Shown here one piece after another: positions 9,465 through 19,747 of a stretch of 64,000 bases of DNA. The notes under the pieces were generated by a model that saw nothing but the letters and a program-made list of their open reading frames with translations, ran no database searches and was not told the DNA's origin. Both the position numbers and the translations under genes were made by a program. The DNA is from a candidate division TM6 bacterium GW2011_GWE2_36_25 (GTDB lineage Bacteria; Babelota; Babeliae; Babelales; UBA12409), in NCBI GenBank assembly GCA_000991575.1, contig LBRU01000001.1:156996-220995 (forward strand). Reading direction: 5' to 3'. How positions within the stretch are numbered: position 1 is the first letter of the stretch; each line of letters begins with the position of its first letter.

Positions 9465-12389
9465 ATGAATGCGAATCGTGTGTTTGCTCGATTAATTTGT
9501 TTTTTGTTTTTTTCAACAGCATCTCTTTTTGCTTCACGTGTGATACCGGGGAATGCTTCTTCTGCAACGACAACTTTTAATTTTTCGGTTGGGCCTGTCG
9601 TTTTTCCTACGGGGGCGAATCAAGTATTGGCCACTGTTGTGACCGGTGCTGGCGAGGAGCAAGTGGGAAATACTTTTTCAATTGCTGTCTATTCTGGTGC
9701 CGCTGCGCAATTTATTCCCGTGGGGGTAGCATCGGCAACCTTAAATAATCAAGAAAAACAGAGCAATCCATTAACGGGTCAAAAAATTAAATTTTTATCT
9801 TCGTGTCGTAATCAGAATGATAAACTTTTATATTTTACCGTGATTGATAAAGAAAATATTTCTGCTCCCGTTGCACAGCAAGAACGTTTTAATTATTTTT
9901 TGGTAGAGCTTCCTGATAGAACCAAGCCAACCGAGACAAACGTTGAAGTAGTTCAGAGTGATATTCCTCAAGACGCAGCTGGTGCTCCGGCTGATTATAT
10001 TGCGGGAATGACGTCTTTTCGTGTTCCGGGGGGACAAGATGTTGTTATTGGCGCCGTTACCCCAAATGGAAGTTCAGCCTTTGGTGCGGGGAATAGCGGT
10101 CTTATTGCTGCATATTTAACCAAATCTCAAGGTGGTTATAACTTAAAGATGCAAAATCTTTCTAGTGGCGAAGAGGGAAATCAGGCTATTTCGTTTAATG
10201 GTTCTTTATCAGCATTGAAAGTTGGCAGTGATGCAACAATTTTAAATACGGTCGCTCCTTACATCGATATGCATTGGGATAGTTATTTACAGAGACTGTA
10301 TCTTGCGGTATCCGTAACTGCGGCGGCAGGCGCGACTGATGGTGCTCGATCAATTGTTGTAGGACGATTTGAAAATGGAAAATTAAAATTTCAAAAGATA
10401 ATTCCTGATGCGGTGGTAACTGCGGGAAGCAATACGAATATTATTGCCACAAAAACAGGTGGAACTGCATTTGTCCATAAAGTTCGTACGATGCAAACAA
10501 CGACCCGTTTAAATTATTTAATTGTGAATGGAGGCAATGGTGCCATTGGTGAAACAGCAAATTTAGTTTATGCAATTCCATTGACAAATTTACGTGCGCC
10601 GGGTGATGAAACAAATGCGTGGCAGAAAGATGATAATCACGGCATTGCTGCAAATGTAACGAGTAATCCGGTTGATGATTATAATGAGAAAACAAGGCGG
10701 TTGCGTTTACGTGCATTTAGATCGCCGGCGGAATCAGTTTCTCAATTGTTTACTACAAGTGATCAGGCTGCGCAGGTTGGCGCTGGTCCTGTTCCGTTAA
10801 TTATGTCTGGTAATGCAACCATAAAAGATATGTTCGTTCGCGATGATTCAGTTTATGTATCCATTGCAGCTGATTATGATTATGATGCAGGATCATCGCA
10901 AGCACAGCAGCCTGGTATTTATCATTCGCAAGCAATTTTTGATCACCTGGGAAGAATTGCAGCGTGGACGCCCTGGCAGCGCGTTGGTGGATCAGATGAT
11001 CGGAGTTATGGTGCAATGTTAGATGCCTCAAATGGTGATTTTTGGTATGTAACTGGGGCTGATGATAGTAACGTTAATACGGTAAAAAAAACGCTCTGGG
11101 GTGCAGGGGCTGAGGATGGCCTTTTGGGAGGCACGACAAGCGATGCGCATGTTGGCTTAGTTAGTTTAATAACGCGTCAATTCCCAGAGGTTTGGGGTGG
11201 TGCAAGTGCGATGGCTGAATTTGATGCGAATGCGAATGCTGTAGGACTTCCAAATTCTGGCCTAACTGGCACAACAACAATACTTCTTTCCGGTTATGAA
11301 AAATGCATGTTTGTAGAAACTGGTGATAATAGTGAAGCAACTGGAACGATCAAGCCTTATACTGGTGATTTTTCCACCGACTTAGCATCAAGTACTGATG
11401 GATCATTTCCTTCTGGTTCTGGGCGCACATTTGTCATTTCGGGAGGTTCGTTGGTAGGATTGGGTCCCTTGGTAACTAATACTATTTTTTCCAATTCAAT
11501 CTATTCGTGGATTGCGGTTGGTGGCGCTGGTGGTGCTGCTGTATTGTCTAATGCAAGTGGTCAAGGGTTTTTGCCAAGTGCATTACCAGCCGGTTTTACT
11601 TTTAAGAAAATTGGTAGTTATAAATTTGTGCAAAAAATAGTTGGTGATGGTCAATTTTTGTATATTTTAACCAACAAAACGTTAGATCGCGTAATTATTA
11701 ACACCGCATCATTTGCTACGGGTAGTATTCAAAAAACAACCATTGCTACTGCATCAAGTTTGTGCGGAAATTCAAATGCAAGTTTTTCAGATTTAATTAT
11801 TAGTGACAAATTAGCCCTGTTAGCAACGAGTAAGGGTTTATATCGCATTGCTAATGGCTCGAGCGTGAAGGCTGAATCGCCATACTGGGAAAACGTTGCA
11901 CTTAATGAGAGTGCGGGCCCTCTTTACGCATTATCGTTTTCAGCCTCTTCCACCAATTTAAATAGTGGTCTTGCAAATGGTGGTCAAGTGTATGGTTTGT
12001 CATCATATTGGGGTTTTGATCAAGCACGTATTTATCGTTTTTACATTAATGAAGGTAGCTCAATATCAGATACGTCATTTAGAAATATTAGTGATTTATT
12101 TGTAGAAGGTACTGATACATATTTTGCGAGTTTTGGTCAGATGCGTACAAGTTATACTGATGATGGTTCAGTACGCTTTTCAACAAGGCCGGCAATCTGC
12201 GGAAGAGCGATGGGCCTTTTTGCGATGTCTCCTAATACCATTGTAGGCTCAACGATGTTTTCAAACACTCCTGATAAAAATATCGATGCATTGATGGGTA
12301 CGGTGGGATCATTAGGAAGAGTTGTTCGTTTGAGTTCTTCAGGGGCATGGCTATTGAATGGAAGTTTTGGATTACGAGTTAATGAATAA
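9465..12389 (+). CDS. Large secreted beta-rich hypothetical protein (possible beta-propeller/surface protein)
   Basis: ~975 aa ORF, signal peptide MNANRVFARLICFLFFSTASLFA, rich in Gly/Ser/Ala/Thr. Start moved to ATG 9465. Confidence 0.8.
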   Translation: MNANRVFARLICFLFFSTASLFASRVIPGNASSATTTFNFSVGPVVFPTGANQVLATVVTGAGEEQVGNTFSIAVYSGAAAQFIPVGVASATLNNQEKQSNPLTGQKIKFLSSCRNQNDKLLYFTVIDKENISAPVAQQERFNYFLVELPDRTKPTETNVEVVQSDIPQDAAGAPADYIAGMTSFRVPGGQDVVIGAVTPNGSSAFGAGNSGLIAAYLTKSQGGYNLKMQNLSSGEEGNQAISFNGSLSALKVGSDATILNTVAPYIDMHWDSYLQRLYLAVSVTAAAGATDGARSIVVGRFENGKLKFQKIIPDAVVTAGSNTNIIATKTGGTAFVHKVRTMQTTTRLNYLIVNGGNGAIGETANLVYAIPLTNLRAPGDETNAWQKDDNHGIAANVTSNPVDDYNEKTRRLRLRAFRSPAESVSQLFTTSDQAAQVGAGPVPLIMSGNATIKDMFVRDDSVYVSIAADYDYDAGSSQAQQPGIYHSQAIFDHLGRIAAWTPWQRVGGSDDRSYGAMLDASNGDFWYVTGADDSNVNTVKKTLWGAGAEDGLLGGTTSDAHVGLVSLITRQFPEVWGGASAMAEFDANANAVGLPNSGLTGTTTILLSGYEKCMFVETGDNSEATGTIKPYTGDFSTDLASSTDGSFPSGSGRTFVISGGSLVGLGPLVTNTIFSNSIYSWIAVGGAGGAAVLSNASGQGFLPSALPAGFTFKKIGSYKFVQKIVGDGQFLYILTNKTLDRVIINTASFATGSIQKTTIATASSLCGNSNASFSDLIISDKLALLATSKGLYRIANGSSVKAESPYWENVALNESAGPLYALSFSASSTNLNSGLANGGQVYGLSSYWGFDQARIYRFYINEGSSISDTSFRNISDLFVEGTDTYFASFGQMRTSYTDDGSVRFSTRPAICGRAMGLFAMSPNTIVGSTMFSNTPDKNIDALMGTVGSLGRVVRLSSSGAWLLNGSFGLRVNE

Positions 12390-12417
12390 AAAATTTTTTA
12401 AAAAAGGAACAACGCAT

Positions 12418-13680
12418 ATGTTCAGATATGCACGATTTTTTTTAGGAACATTGTTGTTGATAAGTGGCCAATCGTTATGTGCGACACTTGCTCTGGATTT
12501 TATTAAACCCTATGATCGTTATTTATGGACGAATGAGCCTAAGAGTAAAGGGACTTTTCAGATTGATGTTTACGGTGCAAGTTCTTTTCATGAACGTGGG
12601 GTGCGATGGGATCACACAAAAATTTGTAATGTTTTACAAATTTGGCAATGCGATCAAAATGCGTTGGCAATGGTTCAAGGATTTGATCCAAATTCGACGA
12701 TTGGTCAACTGGCAGCTGAATTGAATGGTATTTCGGATGATGGGGTGCGAGGCCATTTAATTCCATCGGCACATTTTCACATGGCTGAGTTTGGGATTTC
12801 GGGAAAGTATTGGTTGCCCCATGGTTTTTCCCTTGGCCTATTTTTTCCTTTTGTTCGTATGCAATTGAATAATGTAAAATGGTGTGATTGTACAAAAGAA
12901 CAGACTGAAGCAGATTTGCTAACAAAGGATCTGTTGACTGGTAATCTTGCACAAAATGTATGTAATTTAGGTGGTCCTGATATCTGTTCGGGCTGGAAGA
13001 GAACGGGCATTGGTGATGTTTCTGCTGTTTTGCGTTGGGAGCAGGATTTTCCGCAATCAAAACCAATTTTGACCAATGTTCTCCTTTCACTTTATTTGGG
13101 ACTTTCTTTGCCGACGGGAAAAACACAGGATGAAGATAGATTATTTGCATTACCCTTTGGTTATGATGGTTCACCGGGGATTTTGTTTGGTGGCAGTTTG
13201 AATCTTGTGTGGAAGCATCATTTTTGTGGTGGCGTTGATCTGAACTTTACGCAGTTAATGGGTGATACACGGTTAAGAAGGGTTAAGACTTCCTATGATC
13301 AAACAGAATTGCTTTTGCTTGCAAAGACATCTGCACATATTGACTGGGGTTTTTTGCAAAGATATCGTTTATATCTAGGCGCCAATAATATTATTCGTGG
13401 ATTTTCTTTTGATGTTAATTATCAATTTCAAAAACAGGGAAATAATATTTTAACGATCTGTACGAATGATTATATTAGTACGATTGCTAATTCTGCTGAG
13501 AGTTTAAAACAGTGGACAATTCATCAATTTGGCGTTGATTTGTCTTATGATTTTGGTTTTGATTTCGCAGAAGACGCACGACTTACGCCCTCAATTATTT
13601 TCTTCTATCGTAAAGCGTTTAAAGGATGTCGCGCAATTTTGGCTGATAAATGGGGCTTCTCATTTGTCTTTTCATTCTAA
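12418..13680 (+). CDS. Probable outer-membrane beta-barrel protein
   Basis: Signal peptide MFRYARFFLGTLLLISGQSLC; alternating hydrophobic strands; C-terminus GFSFVFSF ending in Phe (BAM-type signal). Confidence 0.7.
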   Translation: MFRYARFFLGTLLLISGQSLCATLALDFIKPYDRYLWTNEPKSKGTFQIDVYGASSFHERGVRWDHTKICNVLQIWQCDQNALAMVQGFDPNSTIGQLAAELNGISDDGVRGHLIPSAHFHMAEFGISGKYWLPHGFSLGLFFPFVRMQLNNVKWCDCTKEQTEADLLTKDLLTGNLAQNVCNLGGPDICSGWKRTGIGDVSAVLRWEQDFPQSKPILTNVLLSLYLGLSLPTGKTQDEDRLFALPFGYDGSPGILFGGSLNLVWKHHFCGGVDLNFTQLMGDTRLRRVKTSYDQTELLLLAKTSAHIDWGFLQRYRLYLGANNIIRGFSFDVNYQFQKQGNNILTICTNDYISTIANSAESLKQWTIHQFGVDLSYDFGFDFAEDARLTPSIIFFYRKAFKGCRAILADKWGFSFVFSF

Positions 13681-13774
13681 ATTTCCGTATAAATAAAAAT
13701 TACTTATGTATCATTGTTTTTGATCAAATGGAAAAAATAAATTGGTTAATTGGTTAGAGAAAGGCGCGGAGTTG

Positions 13775-14956
13775 TTACTCCTGCGCCTTATTGTCTTCTT
13801 CTAATTCATTACGTAAAAATGTTGGAACATCAAGGTTTGAAAGATCGATTGAGTCAAATGAGTTTTGTTTGCTTGCAATTTTTTGTACCGTTTCTTCTGG
13901 TTCGGTGTCTCGGACACTTGCTTTAATTGGTTCTTCTATTGGTTTAGCGATTTCTTTTATTTCTTCAATTGGCGCTTCTTTTCCGCAGCCATTATCACAT
14001 CCGGTAGCGATGACGGTAACAATTACTTCATCGTTCATATTCTGGTCAATAACGGAGCCTAAAATGATATTTGCATTCTCATCAGCTTGTTCGTAAATCA
14101 CTGAAGCAGCTTCATTGATTTCTTGCAGGCTGAGGCTTGGACCACCACTAATATTGATAAGAATTCCACGGGCACCTGTAATGCTCATATTTTCAAGAAG
14201 CGGTGATGAAATTGCTTCACGGGTAGCGTGAATTGCACGATTAGACCCAGCTGCGTGTCCAGTTCCCATGACAGCGCGGCCCATATCTTTCATAATGACT
14301 TTAAGATCTGCAAAATCAACATTAATATGCCCTGATTTGGTGATGATATATGAGATACCTTTGACTGACTGGTGAAGAATATCATTAACCATTTCAAATG
14401 CATCGACCATTGGAATATCTTCACCAACGAGGTCAAGTAATTTTTGATTGGGGATAACGATTAACGTATCAACATTTTTTTGTAATTCTTTAATTGCTTC
14501 AAGCGCAATTTTTTCGCGACGTTTTCCTTCAAATACAAATGGTTTGGTAACAACAGCGATAGTTAAAATATTATGTTCGCGCAATGTTTTTGCAATAACG
14601 GGCAAAGCTCCTGAACCGGTTCCACCTCCCATGCCGGCGGCAAGAAAAACTATTTCTGCTTCATCAACTGCTTCAAGTATTTTATCAAGATCTTCTTCTG
14701 CTGCTCTTCTGCCAATGTCTGGGTTGGCACCTGAGCCGAGTCCTTTGGTTAATTTGATACCTAATTGAATTTTTTTCTTGGCGGGAGAAGTGTTTAATGC
14801 TTGCGCATCAGTATTTGCGACAATAAATTCAATATTAGAATCATATTCTTTTTTTAACATACTGTTGACGGTATTATTTCCAGCGCCACCAACACCAAGA
14901 ACTTTAATTTTTGCCGTTATGTTTGCTGCCAAAATTGTTTCATCGAATGCGATCAT
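13775..14956 (-). CDS. ftsZ: Cell division protein FtsZ
   Basis: GVGGAGNN, GMGGGTGSG, INVDFAD, C-terminal LDVPTFLR peptide. Confidence 0.99.
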   Translation of the reverse strand: MIAFDETILAANITAKIKVLGVGGAGNNTVNSMLKKEYDSNIEFIVANTDAQALNTSPAKKKIQLGIKLTKGLGSGANPDIGRRAAEEDLDKILEAVDEAEIVFLAAGMGGGTGSGALPVIAKTLREHNILTIAVVTKPFVFEGKRREKIALEAIKELQKNVDTLIVIPNQKLLDLVGEDIPMVDAFEMVNDILHQSVKGISYIITKSGHINVDFADLKVIMKDMGRAVMGTGHAAGSNRAIHATREAISSPLLENMSITGARGILINISGGPSLSLQEINEAASVIYEQADENANIILGSVIDQNMNDEVIVTVIATGCDNGCGKEAPIEEIKEIAKPIEEPIKASVRDTEPEETVQKIASKQNSFDSIDLSNLDVPTFLRNELEEDNKAQE

Positions 14957-14974
14957 TTTTTCTCCTTTATTCAT

Positions 14975-16201
14975 TTAAAAGAAATCTGATATCCATGATT
15001 TCATGCGGAATAATAAGCGACTTACCGCATGATCTTTGCTGAAATCAAACGTACGATCTCGTTTGTTATTGAAGGCGTGTAAAATGAGACCATAACCGGT
15101 TGCATAAACAGGGTTATCTAGTGATTCTAGTAATGTTTGTCCTGTTTTTGGAACACCTAATCGTACCGGTATTTTGAGAATTTCTTCCGCAGTTTCAAGC
15201 ATGCCGGCTAAGAGTGCTCCGCCACCAGTGAGAACAATGCCGGTGGTCATTAATTTTTGTAAATGATAACGTTCAATTTCGCCTTTTATAAAGTACATAA
15301 GTTCTTTTGCACGCGGTTTAAGGATGTGCGCAAGTTGTGTTTGTTGTGTCATTTTTGTTTCTAAACCGTGAACTTTTTTTATGGCAATCAGTTCATCTTG
15401 CACATGAGTTATCATGCCATATGAACATTTAATGCGTTCGGCCTCAGTTAATGTTGTTTGTAATCCAATAGCAAGATCATTGGTGAAATGATTTCCGGCA
15501 ATTGGTAAGACCATTGCATGACGAATACTGCCATGTTGATAGATTGCAAAATCAGAGGTTCCTCCTCCAATATCTAAAACTCCCACACCAAGTTCTCGTT
15601 CATCAGTAGATAAAACTGATTGTGCTGAGGCAAGTTGTTCAAGTACGACATCAATTACTTTGATGCCTGCCATTTGACAGCACGTAATTAAATTTTGTAC
15701 CGAAGCTATTGAGCCAGTGATGATATGAACTTGAGCTTCAAGTCTAATGCCGGCCATGCCAAGTGGTTGCAGAATTTGTCCTTGTCCATCAATTGAAAAA
15801 TATTGAGGCAATACATGTAAAATTTGTTGTCCTTCTGGTATGGCGATTGCTTTAGCTGCTTCAAGTACGTGTGCAATGTCCTGGTCTCTGACATCCTTTT
15901 TTTTAATGGGAACGGCGCCGTGAGAATTAAATGCTTTGATGTGACTTCCCGATACACCGATAGTGGCGTTTTCAATAGATTGACCTGAAACAAGCTCTGC
16001 TTCTTGGATAGCTGCTTTGAGCGATTCTACCGTTTTATTAATATCAACAACGATTCCCTTTTTTAAACCATACGATGGTGTTCTTCCGATTCCTTTTATT
16101 TCTATTGTTCCATCTGTTTTTTTGTTGGCAACGATAACACAAATTTTGGTAGTTCCAATATCAATAGAGACCACCGTGTTATCTGAAAATACCTTTGCCA
16201 T
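14975..16201 (-). CDS. ftsA: Cell division protein FtsA
   Basis: SIDIGTTKI, LDIGGGTSD, LTGGGALL; directly upstream of ftsZ. Confidence 0.98.
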   Translation of the reverse strand: MAKVFSDNTVVSIDIGTTKICVIVANKKTDGTIEIKGIGRTPSYGLKKGIVVDINKTVESLKAAIQEAELVSGQSIENATIGVSGSHIKAFNSHGAVPIKKKDVRDQDIAHVLEAAKAIAIPEGQQILHVLPQYFSIDGQGQILQPLGMAGIRLEAQVHIITGSIASVQNLITCCQMAGIKVIDVVLEQLASAQSVLSTDERELGVGVLDIGGGTSDFAIYQHGSIRHAMVLPIAGNHFTNDLAIGLQTTLTEAERIKCSYGMITHVQDELIAIKKVHGLETKMTQQTQLAHILKPRAKELMYFIKGEIERYHLQKLMTTGIVLTGGGALLAGMLETAEEILKIPVRLGVPKTGQTLLESLDNPVYATGYGLILHAFNNKRDRTFDFSKDHAVSRLLFRMKSWISDFF

Positions 16202-16877
16202 CTTTTCCCCCCCTATTTATGAAAACTATTATTTGATTATTAAAACGAGTGTCTAAAATCATATTTTTTATTATGTGTTGTTGAGCAACATGTCGAATAA
16301 TTTTTAATAGTGCTCTATTGGGAATATGGTCAGATCGTATTAAGATAAAATATTTTTCATTTTTCGGTTTGAGATAAATTTTATATGGTGAATGCCAGCT
16401 TATCTCATGTTCTTCTAAAATATCTGAAGTGATTTCTGTGAGAAAATTTTTAAATTCTTGAGATGTTTCTAATTTTTCAGAGATGATATGTGGCGCGTTA
16501 ATAGAATTTTGATCAAATTGTTCTAATGGATATTGTGCACCACTTGGTGAAATGCAGATTTGGTTATTCAATAAAACTTTACATGTATGTGGTTCAATAA
16601 AAACAGTAAGTATATTTTTATTGTCTTTTTTTAATTGAATATTTTTTATGATAGGAAATTTTTCTTTTAATTCTTTATGCCAACTATTATTTTTTAGTGT
16701 TGCTTTCTGTTCACAAAGATACACAATTTTTTCCAAGGTTTGTTGATTAATAGATGAAGGGCAGTCGACGATGATATAGCTGTGCCATATTGCTTTTTTA
16801 TAAATAAGAATAAGGCCATAATATGTGCTTATGGCTATCAGTATAAAGGTAAGTAGTTGCAATCCTCGTTTGATCAT
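16179..16877 (-). CDS. ftsQ: Cell division protein FtsQ/DivIB-like (divergent)
   Basis: N-terminal TM helix, POTRA-like PIIKNIQLKK segment, terminal LDTRFNNQIIV; position upstream of ftsA-ftsZ. Confidence 0.7.
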   Translation of the reverse strand: MIKRGLQLLTFILIAISTYYGLILIYKKAIWHSYIIVDCPSSINQQTLEKIVYLCEQKATLKNNSWHKELKEKFPIIKNIQLKKDNKNILTVFIEPHTCKVLLNNQICISPSGAQYPLEQFDQNSINAPHIISEKLETSQEFKNFLTEITSDILEEHEISWHSPYKIYLKPKNEKYFILIRSDHIPNRALLKIIRHVAQQHIIKNMILDTRFNNQIIVFINRGGKDGKGIFR

Positions 16878-17027
16878 GTGCCCCCCTCAAAAAAGTATAT
16901 TGCGCCTCGTTTTATTACTACCTTTTTTTTCTTTGAGAAGTCAATAATTTAAAGCAACAGTTAAGAAATAAGAGAAATGTTGTGAATGTGAGGAGATAGG
17001 AAGGCTAAAAATAAAACCCATATTCTT

Positions 17028-17762
17028 TTAAGATAAAATTTTACATTGGTGTGCAACGAGGAACATTAATATTCCTGCGGCAACTGATGCATTATAAGAA
17101 ATATCACTCGTGCGTTGTGGCACGATAACCGTTTGCCCTTTATTTAAGATATCTTTTGAGACGCCGGTGCCTTCACTGCCAATAACTAAACAGAGTGGTT
17201 TTTCATATATTATTTTGGTTGCATCGTGTGCATTTTTTTCTAAAGCGGAAATATAGATATGATAACCATCTTGTTTGAGTTGTTGCAAAGCTGCCCCTGC
17301 TGACGGTGCAACAGCAATTTCTAGATGTTCTGCCAATCCGGCAGCGGCTTTCAAAACAACAGCGTTAAGAGGGGCCGTTCCCTTTTGTGTTAGGATGACT
17401 CCCTGAAAGCCAGTGCAATAGGTCGAACGTAAAATGGCGCCAAGATTTCGTGGATCTTGTATGCCATCGAGCAAAATAATAAACGGTTGCAATTTTGGAT
17501 CAAATGTTTTTTTTCTTGTTTGAAAGGGAGAGGCTAGTGCAACTATTCCTTGGTGATCCGGGGTTCCACTTAATTGTGTTAACTCTTGTCGAGACTTGTA
17601 ATTAATTTTTATGGGATAGACAGGAAGGCATGCCTTAATTTGCTTAAAAGTTTTTGGTTCCGGTTGAAGGACATAAAGAGTGGTAATTTTACGTTTTTTC
17701 GCTTTAAGGAGTTCGAGAATAGGATGAACACCATAAACGATTTCTACAGTTTTTTGTTTCAT
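17028..17762 (-). CDS. rlmB: 23S rRNA (Gm2251) 2'-O-methyltransferase RlmB (SpoU family)
   Basis: VYGVHPILE, HQGIVA, LDGIQDPRNLGAILRS, VIGSEGTG, SYNASVAAGI. Confidence 0.93.
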   Translation of the reverse strand: MKQKTVEIVYGVHPILELLKAKKRKITTLYVLQPEPKTFKQIKACLPVYPIKINYKSRQELTQLSGTPDHQGIVALASPFQTRKKTFDPKLQPFIILLDGIQDPRNLGAILRSTYCTGFQGVILTQKGTAPLNAVVLKAAAGLAEHLEIAVAPSAGAALQQLKQDGYHIYISALEKNAHDATKIIYEKPLCLVIGSEGTGVSKDILNKGQTVIVPQRTSDISYNASVAAGILMFLVAHQCKILS

Positions 17763-17924
17763 ATTTTTATTATAACTTTTTTTTACAAATAAAAAAGATT
17801 AAATCTTGCCGTGAAGAAATTTTTGTGATTTACAAGAAGGCAAATCAGGTAAATGTACTTTTCACGTTGCTTTTTTGTGGTATAGTTAAAGAGGTATTTA
17901 TAATAATAATATAAAGGGAATGCT

Positions 17925-18548
17925 ATGCGTAAACTTCTTTTGAGCGCCCTTTTAATACCGGGCGCACATCTTTCAGCAAAGGCTGATACTGTTTTTAAAG
18001 AGATAAAAGAATTAATGGACAGTTTTAATAAAAGGTTTGAAGTTGTTGAAAAATACATGAATAATTTTCCAGAGTATAAAAGTTTATCTAAAAAAGCTGT
18101 TGAAGAAAAAAAGTCTGACCATGGAAAGGCTGTTGTTAACAATAAAATAGAAATGACAGCGAATAATGAGTTTGTGATCATAAAATTGTATCTTGGTGAA
18201 TTAGATCCCGATAAAATAGTTATTGATGCATTTCCTAATTCCTTGAATGGTATCGTTCCTCTAAGAAATGGTGAAGCAAAGTTTTATGTAAAAGATCGTA
18301 TGTTTGGCGTATCTTTTGAACAGACAAGTAAGGATGAGCAGCAAGTAGAAAATAAGGGGAAGGATTCTTCGGTGCGGGCTACTCATTCATTTGCTTCTTC
18401 AATTGGTTCAAAAATACAATCACTTCCTGCTGAGGTTTGTGATTTGAAAAATATGGTTGCTAATTATGAAGATGGTGTTCTTGAATTAAAACTTCCTCGT
18501 GTTCCACAAAAGAAAGGAACTAAAATTAATGTTGCAAAAAGTGCATAA
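17925..18548 (+). CDS. Hsp20/alpha-crystallin family small heat-shock protein with N-terminal signal peptide
   Basis: C-terminal ANYEDGVLELKLPR and KINV (I-X-I/V) motif; hydrophobic N-terminus. Confidence 0.8.
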   Translation: MRKLLLSALLIPGAHLSAKADTVFKEIKELMDSFNKRFEVVEKYMNNFPEYKSLSKKAVEEKKSDHGKAVVNNKIEMTANNEFVIIKLYLGELDPDKIVIDAFPNSLNGIVPLRNGEAKFYVKDRMFGVSFEQTSKDEQQVENKGKDSSVRATHSFASSIGSKIQSLPAEVCDLKNMVANYEDGVLELKLPRVPQKKGTKINVAKSA

Positions 18549-18565
18549 CTTTTCACAAGAAATAG

Positions 18566-18596
18566 AAAATGGCCCGGTTAAAACTGGGCCATTTTT
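18566..18596 (+). terminator. Intrinsic terminator after the Hsp20 gene
   Basis: AAAATGGCCC...GGGCCATTTTT inverted repeat with T-tract. Confidence 0.75.
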
Positions 18597-18615
18597 GTAT
18601 CCTTCATTAACGAAG

Positions 18616-19746
18616 GTGCATAATCATACCTGTTGGTTAGAGATAGATAAATGTCGATTTTTTTCAAATGCATATTGGCTTAAAAAGCTTGTTGGATTAA
18701 ATCGTAATATTGCGGTTGTTTTAAAGTCAAATGCATATGGCCATGGATTACTTGAGGCTGGTTCATTGTGTGAGGCTTCTCCTTTTATTAATTACATGGC
18801 TGTTTTTTTGTTAAGTGATGCTATTCGTTTAAGAAATAAGGGAATAAGAAAGCCTATTGTTGTTTTGGGTGGATATGATCTTTCCCTTGTCGAGGGAATT
18901 AACCATAATATTGATTTAGTTGTATATGATTGGCACATCGCTGAAGATATTTCTACATTGGCACGATCGCTCAAAAAAAAGGTTAATGTTCAAATAAAGG
19001 TTGATACGGGATTGGTTCGTTTGGGATTTTTACCTGAAGAAACTATTGCTGTTATTGATTATCTTGTACAAAATCCTTTTATTTCTGTTACTGGTATGTA
19101 TACGCATTTTGCTGAGTCTGATGCGCAAGACACTTCTTTTACTTTTGAACAGATTAGTCGTATGCAATGGGTTTGCGAGAAAGTTAAAGAGCGAAAAATC
19201 ACAATTCCGTTTATTCATTTAGCTAATACAGCTGCAACGTTGCGTTTTCCTGAGGCGCGAGGAACGATGGTTCGTTGCGGTGGTGCGTTGTATGGATCAT
19301 ATAAAGATGAGCGTTTTTATGAGCATGCTAAAACTATTTTACCCGGGTTTTCTCTTAAAACATGTTTATCATTAAAATCGCGCATCATGATGATTCGTGA
19401 AGTTTCTGTTGGAATTCCGATTGGTTATGCGCGGACATTTAAGACAACCAAGCCGATGCGTTTAGCTATCGTTGGTGTTGGTTATTACGATGGGTATGAC
19501 CGTCGTTTATCAAATACCGGTAAGATGGTCATTCATAATCATGTTGTTCCCATTATAGGGCGCGTTGGGATGAATATGACAACGGTGGATATTACCGATA
19601 TTCCGCAGATTAAAAAAGGGGATGAGGTGTTAGTTATTGGGGATCACGATGGTATTCGTCTTAAGGACGTAGCCCGTCAGATGGGCGTCATTGAATATGA
19701 AGTAATGCCGCCATTAAATCCATCACTGCCGCGTATTATTATTTAA
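18616..19746 (+). CDS. alr: Alanine racemase (copy 1)
   Basis: WLEID, AVVLKSNAYGHG (PLP lysine), KVDTGLVRLG, THFA, IGY catalytic Tyr, GYYDGY, GRVGMN. GTG start at 18616 preferred because the track start (18499) lies upstream of a terminator. Confidence 0.95.
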   Translation: MHNHTCWLEIDKCRFFSNAYWLKKLVGLNRNIAVVLKSNAYGHGLLEAGSLCEASPFINYMAVFLLSDAIRLRNKGIRKPIVVLGGYDLSLVEGINHNIDLVVYDWHIAEDISTLARSLKKKVNVQIKVDTGLVRLGFLPEETIAVIDYLVQNPFISVTGMYTHFAESDAQDTSFTFEQISRMQWVCEKVKERKITIPFIHLANTAATLRFPEARGTMVRCGGALYGSYKDERFYEHAKTILPGFSLKTCLSLKSRIMMIREVSVGIPIGYARTFKTTKPMRLAIVGVGYYDGYDRRLSNTGKMVIHNHVVPIIGRVGMNMTTVDITDIPQIKKGDEVLVIGDHDGIRLKDVARQMGVIEYEVMPPLNPSLPRIII

Positions 19747-19747
19747 G

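Noticed and set aside
18499-18615. N-terminal extension of alr copy 1 in the ORF track
   Set aside because: It overlaps the Hsp20 3' end and spans an intrinsic terminator. Alr homology begins at about 18616.
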